From an uncultured Gammaproteobacteria bacterium (GTDB lineage Bacteria > Pseudomonadota > Gammaproteobacteria > Chromatiales > Chromatiaceae), in NCBI GenBank assembly GCA_965372385.1, contig CBDVCD010000001.1:1-42519 (forward strand): a stretch of DNA of 42,519 bases, read 5' to 3'. A program made the translations under genes and the position numbers. Of this stretch, positions 17,033 through 23,765 are shown in pieces (within the stretch, counting starts at the first letter, position 1; every line of letters begins with the position of its first letter). The notes beneath the pieces are model-generated. The model was not told the DNA's origin. It did no database searches and saw only the letters and a list, made by a program, of their open reading frames with translations.

Positions 17033-17449
17033 TTATTCCATCTCGTCCAGCGCTCTCTGGTAACGGTTGGCGTGAGAACGCTCGGCCTTGGCCAGGGTCT
17101 CGAACCAGTCGGCCACTTCGTCGAAGCCTTCGTCACGAGCGGTCTTGGCCATACCCGGGTACATGTCGGTGTACTCGTGGGTTTCACCCGCCACAGCAGA
17201 CTTTAGGTTATCGGCGGTGCCGCCAAAGGGCATGCCGGTTGCGGGATCGCCGCACTGCTCCAGGTACTCAAGGTGGCCGTGGGCATGGCCGGTCTCGCCT
17301 TCAGCGGTGGAACGGAACAGGGCTGAAATGTCGTTGTAGCCTTCCACGTCGGCCTTGCCGGCGAAGTAGAGATAACGGCGGTTGGCCTGGGATTCTCCGG
17401 CAAAAGCGTCTTTCAGGTTTTGCTCGGTGTTGCTGCCTTTGAGTTCCAT
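17033..17449 (-). CDS. rubrerythrin-family di-iron protein without a rubredoxin domain (erythrin-like)
   Basis: Two E...ExxH sets (GESQANRRY / [10 protein letters not shown]; AGETHEY / [11 protein letters not shown]). No CxxC pairs. ATG 17449 has GGAG upstream; the track start 17464 is TTG. Confidence 0.85.
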   Translation of the reverse strand: MELKGSNTEQNLKDAFAGESQANRRYLYFAGKADVEGYNDISALFRSTAEGETGHAHGHLEYLEQCGDPATGMPFGGTADNLKSAVAGETHEYTDMYPGMAKTARDEGFDEVADWFETLAKAERSHANRYQRALDEME

Positions 17450-17642
17450 AAGGTGGTTCTCCAATAAATTAATGTGGTTATAGCAAGATGGTTGCGCAGG
17501 GATAGTGAGCCCTCCGTGCTTACAAGGATAGCCCTAATCACTTTGAGTACATAATGGTAGTTTCGATGGCACTGATAGCCAGCACCTATTAATCATTTAT
17601 CCAAAAAAAGCGGCCACCCGCCATAGGAAAATCCAAAAACCG

Positions 17643-18013
17643 TTTACCTTCCAGTGGCTGCTGGGCGATAAAAACGCCCTCACGGCTGAAGAGCTGGCCG
17701 GTTATGAGCTGTTTAAAAGCAGTGGTTGTGTAGCCTGTCACAACGGCCCTGCCGCGGGTGGCAACTCGTTCCAGAAGATGGGGGTGATAGAACCCTATCA
17801 GACCAAGAGTGGCGCGGAAGGCCTGGTCGCCGTCACCGGTAAGGATGCCGATCGGTTCAAATTCAAGGTGCCGACCCTGCGGAATGTAGAGATGAGGAAA
17901 ATGCACAGGTGGTCGCTTTCCTCAAGACCTTAACGGGCGACCAGCCGGCATTTATTCTGCCGCTCCTGCCACCGTCAACCGACAAAACACCGCAACCGAA
18001 ACCATTCGATTAA
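17643..18013 (+). pseudogene. di-haem cytochrome c peroxidase (CcpA/MauG family) C-terminal remnant with an internal deletion and frame change
   Basis: My translation in frame 0: FQWLLGDKNALTAEELAGYELFKSSGCVACHNGPAAGGNSFQKMGV...DRFKFKVPTLRNVE. From 17894 in frame 2: EENAQVVAFLKTLTGDQPAFILP...*. The N-terminal haem domain and the PYFHDG segment are absent. Confidence 0.65.
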
Positions 18014-18062
18014 CCTGGAATTCAACTCTCCACTAAAAACCGTGGAGCTCTTTGTATGGTTT

Positions 18063-18099
18063 AAGGCCCGCCTTGATTGGGGCGGGCCTTGCTGTTTTT
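18063..18099 (+). terminator. Rho-independent terminator (10-bp stem aaggcccgcc/ggcgggcctt followed by a T-run)
   Basis: Stem at 18063-18072 and 18081-18090, then gctgttttt. It lies between the peroxidase remnant and the convergent 18115 gene. Confidence 0.6.
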
Positions 18100-18114
18100 A
18101 ACCATCGATGGTCT

Positions 18115-19584
18115 TTAGCCGATTGCCGCGTAGTGCCAATCCTCTGGCTTGAGCCCCTTTGCCCGGGCTGCTGCGAGCAGTCTCTCAAGCCAATCGTCAG
18201 GGCCTGCCAAATAGACTTCCACCAGAGGCACGCCTGCAATGGCGGCGGCCAGAATATCCGCCAGTTCTTCGCTGCTGCACCTCGTTGGTGTGGCTGAGTA
18301 GACGAAGTTGTCCAGTGAGTCGTTCCAGGCGCGACAGAGGTTGTCCAGTGAGGAACCGGGTGGATTGCCACCTACCTGGATCAGTTGCAGCCCCTCGGCG
18401 TTATCGATAGTGATCGCTTGCTCCACCAGGCTCTTGATGGGCGCAAACCCCTCTCCTTTGGCCAGAAAAAGTGCCGGAGCGGTGGAGTCTTCCTGTAATA
18501 CGAAACCGCCCATAGGTCCTTCAATCAAGACCGTCTGTTTGGCCATGGCGCCATCGAAAACCGCCTTGCTGAACTCGTCATCAGAGCTGCGGTCAACGAT
18601 GAACTGGAGGTTTCGACCATCGCAAGGGCAACTGGCGATGAAAAGCTCGCCAACACTGCCGTTCTCGGCGGTGAGCCTTACCTGCTGTCCCGCCTTGAAG
18701 CGCAGTGAGTGGGTCCGTGGTGTCTGGACATTCAGCAGGGCCAATTCCTCACCCATCTGTTCGATCTTGCGCACATTGGTGCGGATCTGCTGATAGGGCA
18801 AAGCCTCCTCCATACCTGCTTCGGTGGCTTCGATCACCAAGTCGGAGATGGCGGTGTTGGAACAGGCGAGGATATAGCCCTCCTCCTGCTCCCTGGCGCT
18901 TATCACATAGTCATGATCCCGCAGCTTACGCACGGCGCCGGAGACCACCTTACATTTACAGGAGCCACAGTTGCCGCTGGTGCAGCCATAGTCAAGATAG
19001 AGGCCGGCCTTGAGGCCAGCATCCAGGATCGAGTCATTACCCTCGAGAAAAAATTCATGGCCACTGGGCAGCAGACGCACACTGGCGGTGACGATCTTCA
19101 GCATCGCATCCTTGGCGAACAGTGCCGCGCGGGCATCATCGGCCCGCTCCACCCGCTGCATTGCCTTCTCCAGTTGTGCGATGCAATGGGCAACCTCACT
19201 GCGCAGCTTCTCCTCCGGTGCATCCACCGAGGCGTTCAGACTGTCCAGGGTCTCCTGCAGCAGCCCATCCGAGGCGTTGAGTGCGGACTTGGTCTGTACC
19301 AGGGTGTGCTGAAACCCCCTCAGGCGGCTCATCAATACTTCAGGATCGGGCATCCAACCGTCACTGTAGTGGGTCTTGGGCTTGGCCTCCGTCCTAATTC
19401 GTTGCACCCGCTCCAGCACCGGGTCGGCCTCCATATCGATATGCGGATAGAGTTCCAACAGTACCTCAATCGAGACACTGCCCTCGAAGGTCTTGGCGTC
19501 ATCCTCGCGAATGCGTTTTTGTAGATCTCCACGACTGACGCCGGCCAGGCGGGCAGCACGGGAGAGAGAGAGTAATTGCGGCAT
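18115..19584 (-). CDS. fusion protein: N-terminal MerR/excisionase-like HTH + helical linker + plant-type [2Fe-2S] ferredoxin + FNR-like reductase domain
   Basis: HTH LSLSRAARLAGVSRGDLQKRI. Ferredoxin motif CTSGNCGSCKC...ILAC. FNR-like EGPMGGF and AKGEGFAPIKS. ATG 19584 is preferred over the track start 19680. Confidence 0.7.
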   Translation of the reverse strand: MPQLLSLSRAARLAGVSRGDLQKRIREDDAKTFEGSVSIEVLLELYPHIDMEADPVLERVQRIRTEAKPKTHYSDGWMPDPEVLMSRLRGFQHTLVQTKSALNASDGLLQETLDSLNASVDAPEEKLRSEVAHCIAQLEKAMQRVERADDARAALFAKDAMLKIVTASVRLLPSGHEFFLEGNDSILDAGLKAGLYLDYGCTSGNCGSCKCKVVSGAVRKLRDHDYVISAREQEEGYILACSNTAISDLVIEATEAGMEEALPYQQIRTNVRKIEQMGEELALLNVQTPRTHSLRFKAGQQVRLTAENGSVGELFIASCPCDGRNLQFIVDRSSDDEFSKAVFDGAMAKQTVLIEGPMGGFVLQEDSTAPALFLAKGEGFAPIKSLVEQAITIDNAEGLQLIQVGGNPPGSSLDNLCRAWNDSLDNFVYSATPTRCSSEELADILAAAIAGVPLVEVYLAGPDDWLERLLAAARAKGLKPEDWHYAAIG

Positions 19585-19694
19585 TGGAGCTCTTCCCTTG
19601 TCGGTCTGATTTTTGATATAGCTTGAACGCTTACCCTTGAGTTGGCAACCAGCTGACCAAGGCCAGTACCCCAACAACATTGGTTTGATGGGTA

Positions 19695-20696
19695 CTAGTG
19701 TAGTGCGGCAAATCGGGCAGCCCCCAACAGCGCAGTCTTATCGTTCAGGATGACCTTTACCGGCATCGCCTCCATCAGGTGGCGCATCCGGCCCTTGTTG
19801 AAAAAGGCCTGTAGGAAATCTGCTTGTTCCAGTCGCGAGAGAATTTTGGGGGCAATGCCGCCACCCAGATAGACACCACTGCTGGCCATAATTTTGAGGG
19901 CGTGATTCGCGGCTTCCCGGGCGTAGAGACTGACAAAGAGATCCAGTGCCTCTTCGCAGACCGGGTCGCGCTTCGCCATTGCAGTCTCTGAGATGACTGG
20001 GGCGGCGCCCAGGCGACCGATCTCCTGGTGCAACCACTCGGGCTCAAGCAGGGAGCGGTGGTGACGCAGAAATGCATAGATGTTTTCCAGGCCGGGGCCG
20101 GAAACCAGCCGCTCCCAGCTGACATGACCGTACTGTTCCGCGAGAAATTCGTAGAGCTCATACTCCAGTTTGTTCGAGGGACTGAAGTCGGTATGCCCTC
20201 CTTCGGATGGAAACGGCCGGTGCATCCGCCCATCCCAGTAGAGTGCGGCCTCACCCAGCCCGGTGCCGGCAGATATAATCGAGGCATTGCCAAGGCGGCC
20301 AGGCTGGCCTTGGTTGAGGATATGAAAGTCTTTTTCCGTCAGGGCATCGATGCCCCAGGCATTGGCTTCCAGGTCATTCAACAGCCAGCAGGACTGTAGA
20401 CCAAACTCTTCCTTGATCGATTGGGCGCTAATCTGCCAGGGGAGATTGGTGGCATCGCAGGTCTGGTCGATGATCGGGCCGGCAATCCCAAAGCAGGCGC
20501 GCTTGGTTGCCGCATGGGTGCTGTCCAGAAACAGCTTGAGAATCTGCTCCAGGGTTTGAAACTCCCGGCTGGGGAAGGTCTGTTCCGCGAGGGCCTCGAA
20601 GCTCGCGCCATCATCGGTATGATAGATTGCCAGACGGGTGTTGGTGCCGCCGATATCGCCAGCCAGTAGTTCCATCGAGATCTGCTCCGCTGTCAT
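19695..20696 (-). CDS. glk: glucokinase
   Basis: LLAGDIGGTNTRLAIY ATP-binding motif, and Glk-like length and layout (333 aa). Confidence 0.85.
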   Translation of the reverse strand: MTAEQISMELLAGDIGGTNTRLAIYHTDDGASFEALAEQTFPSREFQTLEQILKLFLDSTHAATKRACFGIAGPIIDQTCDATNLPWQISAQSIKEEFGLQSCWLLNDLEANAWGIDALTEKDFHILNQGQPGRLGNASIISAGTGLGEAALYWDGRMHRPFPSEGGHTDFSPSNKLEYELYEFLAEQYGHVSWERLVSGPGLENIYAFLRHHRSLLEPEWLHQEIGRLGAAPVISETAMAKRDPVCEEALDLFVSLYAREAANHALKIMASSGVYLGGGIAPKILSRLEQADFLQAFFNKGRMRHLMEAMPVKVILNDKTALLGAARFAALH

Positions 20697-20752
20697 GTGA
20701 ATTGGCCATCTTAGCGGATAATCCGATTAAACCTAAGTAGATTACTCACATA

Positions 20753-20793
20753 GACTTCAGCTCAGCGTAACCGCGAACAGAAGGTCAGCCGCG
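20753..20793 (+). repeat. 41-bp direct repeat, copy 1 (gacttcagctcagcgtaa...ggtcagccgcg)
   Basis: 36/41 identical to 21815-21855. The two copies bracket the vapBC module. Confidence 0.7.
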
Positions 20794-20968
20794 TGAGCGG
20801 TCAATGGAGGATAGAGTTGAGGAGCGTCGAAGTTTTACACTTGTAATAACAGCCCATTCTGCTATCGAGTGGCAGGCCACCAGCTAAGATTTGACTGATA
20901 TAGTGACTTGAATTTCAATCAATCTATACCCATCGATAACCCTTGATCGACAACCAGGACGCAACCAT

Positions 20969-20988
20969 AATGAAACCATTGTTTCATT
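20969..20988 (+). promoter_or_regulatory. candidate vapBC operator (aatgaaac-catt-gtttcatt)
   Basis: Perfect 8-bp inverted repeat ending 15 nt upstream of the vapB ATG. Confidence 0.45.
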
Positions 20989-21003
20989 TGAGGGGTACAC
21001 GCT

Positions 21004-21246
21004 ATGCCCGCGTTAACCATAAAAAACATCCCTGACGACCTATACCATGAACTAAAACATGTTGCAGAACAACATCATAGAAGTATTAATAATGAAGTCA
21101 TCATGTGCCTTAAACGCTCTCTTCTGCCTAAAAAGGTATCTCCCGAGGACAGATTAAACGACATTCGCGCTCTTCGGGCACAGATTGCCCCTAATTCCAT
21201 TACTGAAGAAGATATTGAACAAGCCATTAATGACGGCAGACCATGA
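21004..21246 (+). CDS. vapB: VapB-type antitoxin (ribbon-helix-helix, Arc/FitA-like)
   Basis: MPALTIKNIPDDLYHELKHVAEQHHRSINNEV. It overlaps the PIN gene by 4 nt. Confidence 0.75.
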   Translation: MPALTIKNIPDDLYHELKHVAEQHHRSINNEVIMCLKRSLLPKKVSPEDRLNDIRALRAQIAPNSITEEDIEQAINDGRP

Positions 21247-21663
21247 TCGTTGCTGATACAAACATCATTTCATATCTTCTTCTACCCACTTCCTATTCAG
21301 AGTCAGCCGATGCAGCGTACAAACTTGATTCCGATTGGGCAGCTCCACTGCTCTGGAAAAGTGAATTCCGAAATGTTTTAGCGCTATACCTCAGGAGGAA
21401 AATCATTAATCTTGAAAAAGCATTTCAACTTCAAGAAATCGCTGAATCAATCATGACTCAGAACGAATTTGATGTTTCCTCTTATCAAGTGCTTGCGTTA
21501 ATCAATGAGAGTCAATGCTCCTCGTTACGATTGCGAATTTATCGCCCTTGCTCACCACCTCAACACTCCACTTGTTACACAAGATAAAAAGATTTTAAAA
21601 GAATTTCCATCTACGGCGATAACGGTCGCTTACTTTATATCCAGTTACGCGAGCAAGCCCTAA
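21243..21663 (+). pseudogene. vapC: VapC PIN-domain toxin, frameshifted near 21513-21525
   Basis: The N-terminus MIVADTNIISYLL is in frame 0. The conserved C-terminus YDCEFIALAHHLNTPLVTQDKKILKEFP... is readable only in frame +1 and ends at 21661-21663. Confidence 0.7.
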
Positions 21664-21814
21664 CGATCGATGAATATCTGCTTATCCTTGAACAGTTCGG
21701 CATGGGCATGAGTATGGCATTGAAAGACTAAAAGGAGTAGTTGGACCGGCTTACCCCAAAGGTACTTCCTGCGGGGCGCAGAGGGAGCCATATTGTGCCG
21801 ATTTGAGAAGTTAC

Positions 21815-21855
21815 GACTTCAGCTCAGCGTAATCATGAACGGCAGGTCAGCCGCG
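21815..21855 (+). repeat. 41-bp direct repeat, copy 2
   Basis: See 20753-20793. Confidence 0.7.
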
Positions 21856-21926
21856 AAACCAACCATTCAGTTGATTGGTTGGAAAGGAATAAGTAAGAAA
21901 AAGTTAGGTAAAAAGAAGAGGGTATA

Positions 21927-21947
21927 ATATACTACATTGTAGTATAT
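21927..21947 (+). promoter_or_regulatory. candidate parDE operator overlapping a TATAAT -10 box
   Basis: atatactaca-t-tgtagtatat has perfect 10-bp arms. TATAAT is at 21923-21928, and the parD ATG is 27 nt downstream. Confidence 0.5.
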
Positions 21948-21973
21948 CTTCATCTAATTCTTGGAGAACAAAT

Positions 21974-22240
21974 ATGCCAATGGTCAAAAAAAGCATATCG
22001 GTGACTGATCAACAAGACAGTTGGATAAAGGCACAGATTGAAACCGGACATTACGGCAACGAGAGCGAAGTTATCCGAGAGTTAATCCGAGAGCGTCAAA
22101 TTCGAGAGCAAGAAACCCCCGCCGAAATTGAAGCGATCCGCGCCGCGTTGATTGAAGGCGAGAAGAACGGTTTTAGTGATAGCTCTGTAGACGAGATATG
22201 GGAAGAAGCCAGAAAACGCCACAGGGCGAAACATGCCTGA
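21974..22240 (+). CDS. parD: ParD-type antitoxin (RHH, COG3609)
   Basis: KKSISVTDQQDSWIKAQIETGHYGNESEVIRELIR. Confidence 0.8.
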   Translation: MPMVKKSISVTDQQDSWIKAQIETGHYGNESEVIRELIRERQIREQETPAEIEAIRAALIEGEKNGFSDSSVDEIWEEARKRHRAKHA

Positions 22241-22532
22241 TTATCGGCTTGCTGAAAGTGCCAAAGAGGATTTGGTAGTGATTGCACAATATGGCGATGA
22301 GCATTTTGGCGTGGCACAGTCAGACCGATACCGCGACCAGCTCAAGCAACGATTTTCCGTGTTGGCAGACCAGCCAATGCTTTACCCCGCCGTTGAGCAT
22401 ATCCGCGCCGGATACAGGCGTAGCGTGTGCGGGGTGCATTCGATTTATTACCGGATTGAAGGCGAGAGCGTGGAAATCATACGCATTCTGAAACACCAAG
22501 ACGCGACAAAATCCCTATACTCCAGCAGCTAA
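22233..22532 (+). CDS. parE: ParE-family toxin (apparently intact)
   Basis: 99 aa with an 8-nt overlap with parD. YRLAESAKEDL...YRRSVCGVHSIYYRIEGESVEIIRILKHQD. Confidence 0.8.
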   Translation: MPDYRLAESAKEDLVVIAQYGDEHFGVAQSDRYRDQLKQRFSVLADQPMLYPAVEHIRAGYRRSVCGVHSIYYRIEGESVEIIRILKHQDATKSLYSSS

Positions 22533-23158
22533 CGGTAGAGTAAAGATGTGGCGTGGTGGCCTAAGGTGACATTTGAATGGATTAATGGCTGGCAATTCAA
22601 GCAATACTTTTCCGAATTCTGTCTGTTGTACCAAATAAAACTGTTAGTTTGAAACTGTACATAGAGGCGCTTATGTATAGCTATACATAAATATCTGTAG
22701 CTGACCCTCCAGGATCTTGTTCAGAAGACAGGGATCGACCCACCTGAGACAGTTAGGCTAAGAGCGATGAGGGTCTAGCTTTGTAGCATGAATGAGTACA
22801 TTTGGGACAGTCCTTTCGAACCAGTAACTGGATGATGGTTATCAATCGTTTTGAGGCAACTGTCAATACGCCAGGACCAGCGCTCTGTGACAGCTCGATG
22901 CTTAAACTGCTTTTCGGGGATTTAACCCGATGGTCAGGCGCTATTTCTTAGTCATCAGTGCCCATGTACCTTTTCTTGCAGCCATATATTTATCAGAGAT
23001 TGGTAAGGTACATCACGAGCATGAGCCGCAATCTTCGCAAGCGATGGTGCTGGGAGCCTATGTCAACAATAGTGTCTTTCATTGTGCGCATGATAAAAGT
23101 CTTGGCACTGTGTTCTCCTGGAGCGCAAGAGACGGAGGTGGTCGGCAGGAGTGATTGG

Positions 23159-23419
23159 CTATGCCGCAGATTCTCGGTGGACATCCCAGCCCGGAAAGAC
23201 AAGAACTGCAGGATGACACTTCAGTACCCTGGCAAGAACCTTGGCTCTCTCTCCCCCCAGATTAACCCGATCATTTTCAATGGCGGAAATGGTGGATTGT
23301 GGAATACTTGTTAACTCAGATAGCTTGTTTTGGCTCATCTCCTGTAATTCCCGAAGAATCCGAACCGACTCCCCAACAGAGACATCCACCAATTTTTTCG
23401 CTTTTTGATAATCTTTCAT
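23159..23419 (-). CDS. XRE-family HTH antitoxin (HigA-like position, downstream of its toxin)
   Basis: SQNKLSELTSIPQSTISAIENDRVNL. ATG 23419 has GGAG 8 nt upstream; the alternative ATG 23440 overlaps the toxin. Confidence 0.75.
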   Translation of the reverse strand: MKDYQKAKKLVDVSVGESVRILRELQEMSQNKLSELTSIPQSTISAIENDRVNLGGERAKVLARVLKCHPAVLVFPGWDVHRESAA

Positions 23420-23420
23420 C

Positions 23421-23711
23421 TTACTTTCTCCGGTAATCATGCGGAGTCACATTAACCACCTTAACCAACACAAGATCTTTCTCGATTTTATAGATGACAC
23501 GGTACTGAATATTGAGGCGGGACGAACGGTGCCCTTTCCATTCACCCCGAAGAGCCTCATCTCTGAAGCCTCTAATTTGCCTTAATCCATCAGGGCCACT
23601 TATCGATACGATATCTTTCCACTTTTCATTCAGTGGCTGTTGGTCCTCGGAGTCGAGGGTTATTGAGAGGTTACCGCTTCAGACAAGCACGGTATTTCCG
23701 GAAAACACCAT
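23421..23711 (-). pseudogene. RelE/ParE-superfamily toxin with an in-frame TGA at codon 11
   Basis: Not in the ORF track. My translation: MVFSGNTVLV*SGNLSITLDSEDQQPLNEKWKDIVSISGPDGLRQIRGFRDEALRGEWKGHRSSRLNIQYRVIYKIEKDLVLVKVVNVTPHDYRRK*. The TGA is at 23679-23681. No ATG, GTG or TTG follows soon after the stop. Confidence 0.65.
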
Positions 23712-23765
23712 GCGTTGAGTTCACTCGGTAGCGGTCAACCACTCTTTTTAGGTTAAAATGCTCCG

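Noticed and set aside
15927-17063. 378-aa plus-strand ORF
   Set aside because: It is antisense to the CCG-domain Fe-S protein gene and has no recognisable motifs.
18709-19524. 271-aa plus-strand ORF, and the similar 24633-25337 and 39914-40576 minus-strand ORFs
   Set aside because: All are antisense shadows of well-supported genes (the HTH-Fdx-FNR fusion, uvrD and the ACL-beta-like gene).
20753-21855. Calling the 41-bp direct repeats integron attC sites
   Set aside because: I could not find convincing inverse-core/core (RYYYAAC/GTTRRRY) pairs or the expected bulged-hairpin symmetry, and no intI is in view. I kept this only as a hypothesis in the findings.
22800-22830. GGTTCGAAAGG (minus strand) resembling a tRNA T-loop
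   Set aside because: The flanking bases do not form a T-stem, and no acceptor or anticodon arms could be drawn. This is not a tRNA.
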